DNA of 64,000 nt from an uncultured Fibrobacteria bacterium (GTDB lineage: Bacteria; Fibrobacterota; Fibrobacteria; UBA11236): positions 1,344,001 through 1,408,000 of the forward strand of contig OY970309.1 in assembly GCA_963716395.1 (NCBI GenBank), read 5' to 3'. The position numbers were made by a program, and so were the translations under genes. The notes below the pieces were generated by a model. That model saw nothing but the letters and a program-made list of their open reading frames with translations, was not told the origin of the DNA and searched no databases. This document shows, one piece after another, positions 8,100 to 17,710 of the stretch (position 1 is the stretch's first letter; the number at the start of each line of letters is the position of its first letter).

Positions 8100-9389
8100 A
8101 TGCAAAGCATGCCCAATCGCATCATCGTGGGGGCCCAATGGGGCGACGAAGGCAAGGCCAAGGTGGTGGATTACCTCACCGAAGATGCCGATTTCGTGAT
8201 CCGTTTTCAGGGCGGCGCCAATGCCGGACATACCGTGGAGGTCGGCGAACAAAAATTCGTATTCCACCTCATTCCCTCGGGGCTGATGCACCCGGGGAAA
8301 ATTTGCGTGATCGGCAACGGCGTAGTGCTCGACCCCGCGCAATTCCTGAAAGAGGTCGACGAGGTGCGGGAACAAGGCATTGCGGTGGACGGGCGGCTTT
8401 GGGTCTCCGAGGCCGCGCAAGTGGTGTTGCCGACCCACAAGTTTCTGGATCAGTTCCAGGAAATGGCGGCGGGGAAAGACGCCATCGGCACCACGGGCCG
8501 CGGCATCGGACCGGCGTATTACGACAAGGTGAACCGCACCGGCGTGCGCGTGGGGGATTTGCTCGACGATGAGGCGCTGCGCGAGCGGCTCACCCGTTCC
8601 CTGATCACGCACAACGAATTGATCACCCGCGTGCACGGCGGCCAGGAGGTTTCGGTCGACGCCGTATTCGCCGAGTACCGCGCGTTCGGAGAGCGGTTGC
8701 GTCCTTATGTGACCGATTGCGTGGCCTTGCTCAGCGACGCCCTGAAACACGGCAAAAACCTGCTCTTCGAAGGCGCGCAGGGTACGATACTCGATGTCGA
8801 TCACGGTACCTATCCCTTTGTGACCTCCTCCAACACCGTGGCCGGTGCGGCCTGTGTGGGATCGGGCGTCGGGCCCACGGCCATTCAACAGGTGGTGGGC
8901 GTGGTCAAGGCCTACACCACGCGAGTGGGCAACGGCCCCTTTCCCACGGAAATTTCCGGCGCGCTCGGCGCCAAGCTACGGGAGATCGGCCACGAATTCG
9001 GCGCCACCACCGGCCGCGAACGGCGGTGCGGCTGGTTCGACGCCGTAGTGGCGCGCCGCGCGGCCATGCTCAACGGGCTCACGCATCTGGCGGTAACCAA
9101 GCTCGACGTGCTCGATTCCTTCGAGGAGATCAAGCTCTGCGTGGGCTATCAACTCGATGGCCGCTGGGTCGAGCATTTTCCCGCGTCGCTGGCGTCGTTG
9201 GAGCGCGTGCAGCCGGTATACGAAACTTTGACCGGGTGGATGGAGGATACGCGCGGGGTGCGCCGCGCCGAAGACCTGCCGCCGCAGGCGCGGAATTACC
9301 TCCACCGTTTGTCGGAGCTCGTCACCGTGCCGTTGGGGCTGCTTTCGCTGGGGCCCAAGCGCCATCAAACCATCCGGATGGGGCTGTGA
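8100..9389 (+). CDS. purA: Adenylosuccinate synthetase
   Basis: GAQWGDEGKAK, GGANAGHT, EGAQG, TTRVGNGPFPTE, GATTGRERRCGW, TKLDVL. Start may be 8109. Confidence 0.98.
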   Translation: MQSMPNRIIVGAQWGDEGKAKVVDYLTEDADFVIRFQGGANAGHTVEVGEQKFVFHLIPSGLMHPGKICVIGNGVVLDPAQFLKEVDEVREQGIAVDGRLWVSEAAQVVLPTHKFLDQFQEMAAGKDAIGTTGRGIGPAYYDKVNRTGVRVGDLLDDEALRERLTRSLITHNELITRVHGGQEVSVDAVFAEYRAFGERLRPYVTDCVALLSDALKHGKNLLFEGAQGTILDVDHGTYPFVTSSNTVAGAACVGSGVGPTAIQQVVGVVKAYTTRVGNGPFPTEISGALGAKLREIGHEFGATTGRERRCGWFDAVVARRAAMLNGLTHLAVTKLDVLDSFEEIKLCVGYQLDGRWVEHFPASLASLERVQPVYETLTGWMEDTRGVRRAEDLPPQARNYLHRLSELVTVPLGLLSLGPKRHQTIRMGL

Positions 9390-9425
9390 CATGACGGCCG
9401 GGCGGACAACGCGGCTCGGGCGAGC

Positions 9426-10130
9426 ATGGAACGGCGCATGACGGCCCAAACCGATTTGCTCAAAGGGGTGGATTTGTTCTCGGCCCTGAGCGATGCGCAA
9501 CTCGGCTTTATCGCCGACATGACCATGGAAAAGACCTATGCACGCGGCGACACCATCCTGATCGAAGACGACGCCTCGAACCAGGCGTTTTTCCTCATCG
9601 CCGAAGGCGCGGTCAAGGTGCTGCTCACCGCCGAAGAAGGCCGCGAAGCCATTCTGGCCACCTTGGGGGCCGGCGATTTCTTCGGGGAAATGTCACTGCT
9701 CGACGGGGAGCCGCGTTCGGCCACGGTGCGTTCGGTGGGCCGCGCGCGGCTTTTGCTGCTGCGCCGCGACGATTTCATGCAATGCCTGCGCCGCCATCCC
9801 GATTTGGCGCTCTCGCTGCTGGCTGAAATGTCACGGCGCCTGCGGCGGTCGAACCGCCAGGTGTCATCGCTGGCGCTGCTGAGCGCCTACGGGCGCGTGG
9901 CGGCCACCTTGTTGCAATTGCTGGAGGAGCGGGGCGTGCGCTCGCGCACCCAGGAGGGCAAGCGTATCACCGTCATCCGCGACCGTCCCACCCACCAAAC
10001 CATCGCCGACATGGCAGGTACCACGCGAGAGACGGTCACGCGCGTGTTTAAAATGCTGCAAGACCGGGGCGCCATCGCCGTGACCGGCAAGGATCTCGTG
10101 ATATTGGAGGAGAATCGCCTGCGCGCGTGA
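9426..10130 (+). CDS. Crp/Fnr family transcriptional regulator (cAMP-binding type)
   Basis: cNMP pocket FFGEMSLLDGEPRSAT; HTH IADMAGTTRETVTR. Confidence 0.95.
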   Translation: MERRMTAQTDLLKGVDLFSALSDAQLGFIADMTMEKTYARGDTILIEDDASNQAFFLIAEGAVKVLLTAEEGREAILATLGAGDFFGEMSLLDGEPRSATVRSVGRARLLLLRRDDFMQCLRRHPDLALSLLAEMSRRLRRSNRQVSSLALLSAYGRVAATLLQLLEERGVRSRTQEGKRITVIRDRPTHQTIADMAGTTRETVTRVFKMLQDRGAIAVTGKDLVILEENRLRA

Positions 10131-10912
10131 ACGCGGCCGATTCTTCCATGGTACGCACCGCGTCGAAGTCCCGTTTTGGCCTGTGGACCAGGCCGCTGAT
10201 CCCGGCATTCCTGGTGTGGATGGCGGTGTTGGCCGGCGGCTTCTATGGCGTGCACCGCTTTCTCATGCCCTGGGTGGCGGGGCGCTTCAAGCCCACGGTG
10301 GCGGTCCCGAATTTGAAGGGGCTGACCCAGGAGGCGGCTGCGTCGGCGGCACGGGCGCAAAGACTGCAAGTCGTGCTGGATTCGGTTTCGGATTTCAACA
10401 ACAAAATTCCCGCCGGGCATATTCTCTACCAGTTCCCCGACGCGGGCACCGTGGTGAAAATCGGGCGCCGGCTATGGGTGCGTTTGAGCAAGGGCCCGCA
10501 GGCCATAGACATGCCCGACCTGCGCGGCCAATCCGAACGCCAGGCCGAGATTTCCTTGGAACAATTGGGCCTGCGATTGGGAGAAGTCCATTATGTCACC
10601 AGCCGCAGCGTGCCTGCCGGCGCCGTGTTGGGCAGCGAGCCCGGCCCGCATACGGCCTTGCAAAAAGGCCGCGTCATCAACATTTCGGTTTCGGCCGGTT
10701 CCGAAGGCGGCCCGAGCATGCCCTCGTTGCTCGGGTTGTCGTTGGACCAGGCCAAAAGCCAGATCGCCGCGTTGCATTTGAGCTTGGGAACGGTGCATCT
10801 GCAGACGGACAAAAAAAATACGGCGCAAACCGTGTTGGCGCAGAACCCGCGGCCGGGCGCGCCGCTGAAGGAGGGAAAAGGAGAAGAGGTTGATTTGGAC
10901 GTGGCGAAATAA
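10127..10912 (+). CDS. Membrane-anchored triple PASTA-domain protein
   Basis: N-terminal TM, then three VPNLKG/MPDLRG/MPSLLG...Q-x-P-x-x-G repeats. Confidence 0.9.
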   Translation: MNAADSSMVRTASKSRFGLWTRPLIPAFLVWMAVLAGGFYGVHRFLMPWVAGRFKPTVAVPNLKGLTQEAAASAARAQRLQVVLDSVSDFNNKIPAGHILYQFPDAGTVVKIGRRLWVRLSKGPQAIDMPDLRGQSERQAEISLEQLGLRLGEVHYVTSRSVPAGAVLGSEPGPHTALQKGRVINISVSAGSEGGPSMPSLLGLSLDQAKSQIAALHLSLGTVHLQTDKKNTAQTVLAQNPRPGAPLKEGKGEEVDLDVAK

Positions 10913-12740
10913 ACGTGTTGCCGCGCTGGCGGTATTCTGTCTTTGCGGTTGCGCCGTCCATCGGCCTGCTCCGGCGGCTGCGGCGAAAAAAGCCCGGGCG
11001 GCTTCGGGGCTTAAGCCGTCCGGCCTGACTTCGGAATCGACCTCCATCGCCCATGACTTTTTCCTGCGCGCCCGGCGTATGGAAATGGACGGCAACGAGG
11101 CCGTGGCCATGGGGTATTACCGCATCGCCTTCGAATATGATCCCGGTAGCCGCGATCTATGCTTTATTCTGACCGATCGCTACAAAGATCAGAATCTTCT
11201 GGATTCAGCCCTGGATCTGGGCCGAAAATGCCTCACTTTGGCGGGTGGGCCCACGAGCGACGAGTATCAATCCCTAGGCGAAATTTATCTGCGCCTCGAC
11301 AGCCTGCCGGCGGCGTTGGACAGCTACCGCCACGCCGTCTCGCTCGATGAAAGCGATAAAGATGCGCTGTATACCTTGGCCACTTTATATGAACGTGATC
11401 GCGATTGGAAGCATTATGCCGCCGCCATGGACAAGCTGCTGCCCGAAATCGATTATCCCGAACATTTGGTGGAAAAGCAGATTCAAACCTACCGCTTGCT
11501 GGACCGAGCCTCCGACGCGCTTCCCCTGTTGCGCGCCGCCTGGGAAAAAACCGGCCGTCCCGCCTACGGCGAAAACCTGGCGGCTTATTACGAAGCCGAA
11601 GGGGATGGCGAAGCATTTCTGAAAATGGCGGAATCCCTGGTTTCTGCCCATCCCGATCATCCGGAATATGCCCTGCTGCGGGCGCGCGCCCTGAACGCCT
11701 GCGGATTGGTGGATTCGGCGCTGGGCATCTATCGCGATCTGCTCAAGGATCATCCGGATGAGCGCGAGGTTTTGTACCCGTACGGCGCGCTGTTGCACGA
11801 CGCCGGCCGCTACCAGGAGGCCTACCCGGTCTTCGAGAAATTGGCGCAGGCCTTTCCCCAGGAACCCATGTACCGGTACTTTCTGGGTTCGACGGGATTG
11901 GAGTTGCACCAACCGAAATCGCTGGAAGCCCTGCGCGACGCCGCCGAAGCCGAACCCGCGGTTCCAGATTACTGGGCGAGCTTGGCCTACGGCGATCTGG
12001 TCTTCGGGCATGACTCGGCTGCGGATTCATGCCTCGCCCACGTTCCCGACAGCTTGAGCGAGGCGTGGCAGGCGCCGTTTTTCCAGGGCCTGGTGCATAC
12101 GTTGCTGGCCCAGTATTTGGAGCAGCGCCGCCCGACCGGCCCGGCATCGCCGCTGTATGACACGGTAGCGGCCCGCCGCTACCGCCGCCGGAGCGTGCAA
12201 TTTCTGCGTGCCGCGCTGGCCCAAAGCCCGCACAATTCGCGCATTCTCTTTGAACTGGGAACCAATCTCGAACGCCTGGGCGAACGCGCCGAATCGATGG
12301 ACTGCTTGCGCCAGGTGGTGCAGGCCGATTCCGACGACGCTATGGCCATGAATTACCTCGGATACATGCTGGTCGAAGACAACCGCGATCTGGATTCGGC
12401 CGGGCATCTCATCGATCACGCCCTGGCCCTGGAACCCGAGAACCCCGCCTACCTGGATTCCAAAGGCTGGTGGGATTACCGCAAAGGCGATTTCGCCGCA
12501 GCCCGCACCTATTTGGAAAAAGCCTCGGTGCGCATTCCCGACGATCCGACCATCTTGCAACACCTGGCCACCGTGCTCGACGCCTTGGGTCAGCGGCAAG
12601 ACGCCCATCAGGTATGGGTAAAATTGCTGCAAGTCGATCCCGACAATATCGAAGCCAAACAGAAAGCCGAAGGAAAAGCCCAAGGAAAAAACGCACAGCC
12701 GGCGCTCGCGCCCAAAGCTGCGAACCGCGACGGTTCCTGA
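10890..12740 (+). CDS. Tetratricopeptide-repeat lipoprotein
   Basis: Lipobox-like LCGC, many TPRs, C-terminal MNYLGYML...ALALEPENPAYLDSKGW. Confidence 0.88.
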   Translation: MIWTWRNKRVAALAVFCLCGCAVHRPAPAAAAKKARAASGLKPSGLTSESTSIAHDFFLRARRMEMDGNEAVAMGYYRIAFEYDPGSRDLCFILTDRYKDQNLLDSALDLGRKCLTLAGGPTSDEYQSLGEIYLRLDSLPAALDSYRHAVSLDESDKDALYTLATLYERDRDWKHYAAAMDKLLPEIDYPEHLVEKQIQTYRLLDRASDALPLLRAAWEKTGRPAYGENLAAYYEAEGDGEAFLKMAESLVSAHPDHPEYALLRARALNACGLVDSALGIYRDLLKDHPDEREVLYPYGALLHDAGRYQEAYPVFEKLAQAFPQEPMYRYFLGSTGLELHQPKSLEALRDAAEAEPAVPDYWASLAYGDLVFGHDSAADSCLAHVPDSLSEAWQAPFFQGLVHTLLAQYLEQRRPTGPASPLYDTVAARRYRRRSVQFLRAALAQSPHNSRILFELGTNLERLGERAESMDCLRQVVQADSDDAMAMNYLGYMLVEDNRDLDSAGHLIDHALALEPENPAYLDSKGWWDYRKGDFAAARTYLEKASVRIPDDPTILQHLATVLDALGQRQDAHQVWVKLLQVDPDNIEAKQKAEGKAQGKNAQPALAPKAANRDGS

Positions 12741-12747
12741 GACAGGC

Positions 12748-13518
12748 ATGGCCGCCGATCCCCTTCGCACCGAGCGGTTGCGCCGTTCTGCTGCGGCCCA
12801 GATGGGGCGGATCTGTTTGGGCGCCGTACTATGCCTATGCGCCTGCGCGCCGTTGCGCGATCCCGCGGGCCTGGCTTTGGAACAAGGGCGCCCTGCCGCT
12901 CCCCTTCCCAAAGCCTTGCGCGCGGATCTGGAAATCGGCGTTTTGCAGCCGCCGGGCGGGGATTTTACCGCGCGTCTTTATGCCGAACCCCATCGACGCT
13001 ACCGCCTCGACGCCTATGCCTTTCCCGGCGTCGTCGCCGCATCCTTTCTCTGGGACCAGGGGCATTGGACCTTGCTGTTGCCCTCGCGGCATCTGGCGGT
13101 GCAGGGCACGGGGGATACGCTTCGACTCGGCGACGGCAGAAGCCTGCCGGATTTGCCAGCGGCCCTGGGCTTTCTGTGGGGCGAGCCCTTGCCCGATTAT
13201 TCCCCGCGCAGCCAACCGGCTCCGGCTTGGAGCGGCGACACCCTGCGCTGGACGGCGGACGGCACGGCGTGGCTGGCCCGCTTCGATCTCCACACGGGCG
13301 CCTGCCGCGAAGTGATTTCACCGCAGTATCATTTGAGTTACGGTCCCCTGCGCCGCCGGGGGGCGCGGGTGCTTCCGGCGCAGGTGGAAATCGCCGTCGA
13401 CGGCGCGCCCGCATGGGTGGTGCGCGTCCGCGGGCTGGAAGAGGTTTCTGTCTGGGCGAAAGACCCGTTTGCGCTGCCCATCCCGCCGGGGTATACGCGG
13501 CGCGGCCCCGAAGAGTGA
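12748..13518 (+). CDS. Lipoprotein, possibly LolA/LolB-fold (DUF4292-like)
   Basis: Lipobox LCACA, beta-rich sequence, and a position directly after the TPR lipoprotein as in TPR-lolB/DUF4292 neighbourhoods. Confidence 0.55.
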   Translation: MAADPLRTERLRRSAAAQMGRICLGAVLCLCACAPLRDPAGLALEQGRPAAPLPKALRADLEIGVLQPPGGDFTARLYAEPHRRYRLDAYAFPGVVAASFLWDQGHWTLLLPSRHLAVQGTGDTLRLGDGRSLPDLPAALGFLWGEPLPDYSPRSQPAPAWSGDTLRWTADGTAWLARFDLHTGACREVISPQYHLSYGPLRRRGARVLPAQVEIAVDGAPAWVVRVRGLEEVSVWAKDPFALPIPPGYTRRGPEE

Positions 13519-13707
13519 AGACCGCCGGGGCGGCGGGCGGCTAGCAAACTGGACAGTGTCAGCATTGCCGGCTGGTTTCGCAGGGGTATCGGGATTTGCG
13601 CCTCTTGAGATGCGATGGGTTTTTGCGGGATAAGTCGTTGATATAAAAGTGGATCGGTATTTCCCGGCCCCCGTACAATGTCTTTTGCCCTTCTTGAGGA
13701 GCCTCGC

Positions 13708-14196
13708 ATGCATTCGATCGATTCTTTTGACGCCGGCCTGGGTCGTGGCACCGACTGGGTGGCCAAAGCGGCCGAACCCGAAGCCTTGGCCGCGCCCGGC
13801 GCCTTCACCACCTTGCGTCAAATGCTGTTACCCCGCACTTTGCCCGAGGCCGAATCCCTTTCCGAAGTCGATCTCATCGCCTGGCTCAACGAATTGGAAA
13901 TTGAATTGCTGCAAAAGCGGTATCGCATCGAATTCCTGGATCGCCTGCCGGCGCGCGTGGCTTTTCGGGGCCTGCGGCAACTGCTCGATTCCCCGGTCGC
14001 GATGCCCGAGCCGTTTGAACTGGTCGAAATCGACGGCTGCGACAGCGCCTGCGAAGTCTGCTTTCAACTGGCCCATTGCCCCGTGGCCCGCGATGTATTG
14101 GGCGCCGCCTGGAACAGCGCGCTGGAACATGCCGGCGCCAATCCGTCTTGGGTGGCGCTGTATGCCGGCGATTTTGATCCGCTCGGCGCGGGTTGA
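13708..14196 (+). CDS. Hypothetical protein with C-x3-C-x2-C-x5-C motif
   Basis: GAGGAG RBS before ATG 13708; GCDSACEVCFQLAHC; followed by a terminator. Confidence 0.75.
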   Translation: MHSIDSFDAGLGRGTDWVAKAAEPEALAAPGAFTTLRQMLLPRTLPEAESLSEVDLIAWLNELEIELLQKRYRIEFLDRLPARVAFRGLRQLLDSPVAMPEPFELVEIDGCDSACEVCFQLAHCPVARDVLGAAWNSALEHAGANPSWVALYAGDFDPLGAG

Positions 14197-14218
14197 GTCG
14201 AAACTTCAGGTGCTTCCT

Positions 14219-14245
14219 GGCCGGGCCGACCGCCCGGCCTTTTTT
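14219..14245 (+). terminator. Intrinsic terminator
   Basis: GGCCGGGC-cgacc-GCCCGGCC followed by T6, between convergent genes. Confidence 0.85.
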
Positions 14246-14250
14246 ATCTG

Positions 14251-15357
14251 CTAAAAAGGATCGCTGGTAATGCGGGTTTGCGGGCCGCCGTGCAACCCGA
14301 TGTCGGCGGTGGTTTGATCCGGGTTGCGCAAATCTTTGGCCGGATGCCCGGCGTGGATCAATTTGGAGTAGCGAGACAGCACGAAGGGGCCCGCCCCCCG
14401 GGGCGCAAAGGGCGGCGCTGTGTGCGGGCCATGCCGCCAGAATAACAGGCGGCTTTTTTTCTCCATGTGCGCGATCTTTGCGTCTTTGACCAGATAACTC
14501 GGGGTGTCGCGGTTGGGATCGGCGGCTTCCAGGGCCCGGACGGCCGGAGTCCCCACGAAGAGTGGGTCGCAATTCAGATTCGAAAAAGCGTCGGTCGTGT
14601 CTCCGTTGGCGTTTTGACCCGAGGGCCTGAGCACTGCATAGGGGCAGTGAAAACAATCCTCTTCGGTGTTCCCGTAAAAGTCGTTGTAGGCGATGGAAAA
14701 AGCGCCGCCGGTTTGCACCCCAATTCCGTCGCCCAGGTTGCGGTAGAAGATATTGTCGACGATGCGCGGCGCGGCTTGATCGATGCGGATGCCGGCGACG
14801 CGGTTGCCCACGAAGTCGCATTGCAGCACGGTTAGATCCGCCTGCGCGCCCAGCCACATCCCCACGTTGTTCCCTTGAAAGAGAACATGGTGCACGAAGA
14901 AGCGGCTGTATTCGGACCAGACGGCCCGATCGGCGCCGTGGAATTCGGTAAAGGCGATTTCCACCGTTCCCGGAGCCATGGCGCCGAGACGAATTCCCTC
15001 CCACTCCACCTGACCGGAGTCTTGCGGCATAAAGCGTACGGGCCGGTTCGGGCTGCCCACGCAATAAAACGAGCCTTGCACCACCAGGCCGATCAAGGCG
15101 CTGTCGGCGTGGTCACCCGCCCGCAAAGAATCGGCGATGGAGTCGCAGGGGCTGGCCCGACGGGCTATGCGCACCTCGACCCCGGGATCGATGCGCAACT
15201 GCGAAGAAGCGGGTACGAACACGTCGCCGGTAATCCGGTAAGGCGAACCTGCCGACGTCCATTCCTGCGGCAAACTCAAGGTGCCGCATACATCGGTATC
15301 GGCTCGGGCGCCGATTCCGGCGACGAGCACACCGCACAGGCCGATTAGAAAACGCAT
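14251..15357 (-). CDS. Secreted right-handed parallel beta-helix (NosD-like repeat) protein
   Basis: Signal peptide MRFLIGLCG...ARA. GSPYRITGDV, IDPGVEV, repeated FxGN..GI coils, DPLFV, ADIGLHGGP. Confidence 0.85.
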   Translation of the reverse strand: MRFLIGLCGVLVAGIGARADTDVCGTLSLPQEWTSAGSPYRITGDVFVPASSQLRIDPGVEVRIARRASPCDSIADSLRAGDHADSALIGLVVQGSFYCVGSPNRPVRFMPQDSGQVEWEGIRLGAMAPGTVEIAFTEFHGADRAVWSEYSRFFVHHVLFQGNNVGMWLGAQADLTVLQCDFVGNRVAGIRIDQAAPRIVDNIFYRNLGDGIGVQTGGAFSIAYNDFYGNTEEDCFHCPYAVLRPSGQNANGDTTDAFSNLNCDPLFVGTPAVRALEAADPNRDTPSYLVKDAKIAHMEKKSRLLFWRHGPHTAPPFAPRGAGPFVLSRYSKLIHAGHPAKDLRNPDQTTADIGLHGGPQTRITSDPF

Positions 15358-15637
15358 CGGACCCATTGTATGATGCCCGCCCCGCCGCCGCCAACCTTCG
15401 GCCCGCAATCCGTCCGAATTCGGCCTTCGGCATGAACGTTTGAGCATTTGGAATTCCGGCCGTTTTAGGCGTGAGCCGGGGCGTTTTGATTGTAAAGAAT
15501 ATCCGGGGTAACCGCATTTACTCCAATGCGAACCCCACGGATTTGACAGTGGCAAGTTTACCGGGCCCCGGTTAAAAAAAGCCCCCCGTAGCGGACCAGG
15601 CGCGGTACCTTACAACGAGCAGGCGAATGGAAATCCG

Positions 15638-16660
15638 ATGACTTTAATCGACACGTCTCCGGCGCCCGTTTTCAAAGCGGCGGAAACGCGGCGTGAAGGC
15701 CGCTGGACGAAGCCCGTGGTGGAGTTTTCGGATTTTTCGCTGGAGCATCCGTTGTTTCCCGCCCTGGCCTTCGGAGTGATGCTGCGCTTCTGCCTGTGGG
15801 GGGCGTACGCCTCCACGCATGCTTCCTTTCCGGAATTCTGGCCGCATACCTGGGTTCAAGCCGCCTATTGGCTGCCGGGCTTCGTCGTGCCCTATTTGGC
15901 CCTGCGTTTTTTCGCCGTGGCCCATCGCGCCTCGCATCGCACGTGGAGCCGCAAAGTGGCGGAAGGGTTGGAGCGCAGCCGCGAACTGCAAAAGGTGTCG
16001 ATTCTCGGCTTCGCGAGGATTTCCGAAGTGCGCGATGCCGATACCGGCGATCACATTGTGCGCATGAGTCATTACTCCCGGCTCTTGGCCGAAGAAATGG
16101 GCACGCTGCCCGCCTACCGTGAATACGTCACGCGCCCGTATTGCGAAGAGATCTTTTTGTCGGCGCCTTTGCACGACATCGGTAAGGTGGGAATTCTCGA
16201 CCACATTCTGAAAAAGCGCGGGCCGCTCACCGCCGAAGAATTCGAGATCATGAAAATGCACACCATTCTCGGCGGGGATTTGCTGAATGAAATGGAGCTC
16301 AAGCTGGGGTTCCGATCCTTCTACAGCTTGGGCAAGCAAATCGCCTACCACCACCACCAACGCTTCGACGGCGCCGGCTACCCCAATGTTTTGGGTCCGG
16401 CCAAGGCCATGTTCGTCGACGCGGGTATCGGGAAACCGCTGGCAGGCAAAGACATTCCCCTCTCGGCCCGCATCGTGGCGCTGGCCGACGTGTACGACGC
16501 CTTACTGTCGCGACGCTGCTATAAAGAGCCCATTCCCCATGAAAAGGCGCGCGAAATGATTCTGGACGATTCGGGGCGAAGATTCGATCCCGACGTGGTC
16601 CAGGCGTTTGTCCGGGCGGAGAAGGATTTGCTCCGCATCGCGCGCGAGTTCAGCAAGTAA
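15638..16660 (+). CDS. Membrane-bound HD-GYP c-di-GMP phosphodiesterase
   Basis: Two N-terminal TMs; DTGDHIVRM, LHDIGKVGI, HHQRFDGAGYP, ARIVALADVYDAL. Confidence 0.92.
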   Translation: MTLIDTSPAPVFKAAETRREGRWTKPVVEFSDFSLEHPLFPALAFGVMLRFCLWGAYASTHASFPEFWPHTWVQAAYWLPGFVVPYLALRFFAVAHRASHRTWSRKVAEGLERSRELQKVSILGFARISEVRDADTGDHIVRMSHYSRLLAEEMGTLPAYREYVTRPYCEEIFLSAPLHDIGKVGILDHILKKRGPLTAEEFEIMKMHTILGGDLLNEMELKLGFRSFYSLGKQIAYHHHQRFDGAGYPNVLGPAKAMFVDAGIGKPLAGKDIPLSARIVALADVYDALLSRRCYKEPIPHEKAREMILDDSGRRFDPDVVQAFVRAEKDLLRIAREFSK

Positions 16661-16743
16661 ACTATCGCCGGGGGATCCGGCGCGGGAAATTTTGAACCGC
16701 AACCCTAGGGAGACGGCGCGCGGCGATGTAGATATTCTTTTCC

Positions 16744-17709
16744 ATGCACCTGCTCGTCACCGGCGGCTGCGGCTTTATCGGCAGCAATTTCGTGCGACTC
16801 GTGCTGGCCACGCGGCCCGAAGTTCGCATCACCAACGTCGACAAACTCACCTATGCGGGCAATCCCGCCAACCTGGAAGATGTGGCCCAGACGCCCGCCT
16901 ATCGCTTCGTGCACGCCGACATTTGCGACCACGAAGCGTTGCGCGCGGTGTTCGCCGAAAAGCCCGATGCCGTGGTGCATTTCGCGGCCGAGTCGCATGT
17001 CGACCGTTCCATCGCAGGCCCCGACGTATTCATCAAGACCAATGTGCTCGGCACACAGTGGCTGCTCGAATGCGCGCGCGAATTCAAAACGCCCCGGTTT
17101 CTGCACGTTTCCACCGACGAGGTGTACGGATCGCTGGGACCGACGGGGTGGTTCACCGAGGTCACGCCCTATGCCCCGAACTCGCCGTACTCGGCCAGCA
17201 AGGCCGGGTCGGATTTGCTGGTGCGGGCCTACCATCATACCTATGGACTCGATACGGTGATCACTAATTGTTCCAACAATTACGGGCCGTACCAATATCC
17301 CGAAAAACTGATTCCCCTGCTCATCACCAATCTCATCGACGGCCTGCCCATTCCCATCTACGGCGACGGCCAGAACATTCGCGATTGGCTGCATGTCGAA
17401 GACCATTGCCGCGGCATTTTGCTGGCCCTGGAAAAAGGCCGCAGCGGCGAAACCTACAACATCGGCGGCCGCAACGAATGGAAGAACCTCGACATCGCGC
17501 GGCGCCTGGTGGAGCTTTTGGGCCGCGACGATTCGTTCATCCGCTACGTGCCCGACCGCCTAGGCCATGATCGGCGCTACGCCATCGACGCCGCCAAAAT
17601 TCGGCGGGAACTGGGCTGGGAACCGCGGCACGATTTCCCATCCGGGCTGCCGGCCACCGTGGCCTGGTATCGTGACCATGAAAAATGGTGGCGGCCCCTG
17701 AAGAAATGA
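16744..17709 (+). CDS. rfbB: dTDP-glucose 4,6-dehydratase
   Basis: TGGCGFIGSN, DKLTYAGN, HFAAESHVDRSI, STDEVYG, YSASK, DRLGHDRRYAID. Confidence 0.97.
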   Translation: MHLLVTGGCGFIGSNFVRLVLATRPEVRITNVDKLTYAGNPANLEDVAQTPAYRFVHADICDHEALRAVFAEKPDAVVHFAAESHVDRSIAGPDVFIKTNVLGTQWLLECAREFKTPRFLHVSTDEVYGSLGPTGWFTEVTPYAPNSPYSASKAGSDLLVRAYHHTYGLDTVITNCSNNYGPYQYPEKLIPLLITNLIDGLPIPIYGDGQNIRDWLHVEDHCRGILLALEKGRSGETYNIGGRNEWKNLDIARRLVELLGRDDSFIRYVPDRLGHDRRYAIDAAKIRRELGWEPRHDFPSGLPATVAWYRDHEKWWRPLKK

Positions 17710-17710
17710 C

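Noticed and set aside
13551-15554. Recurring TGACAGTG(T/G)CA-like word at 13551, 15544 and 55714
   Set aside because: Short, degenerate and upstream of unrelated genes; not distinguishable from chance by eye.
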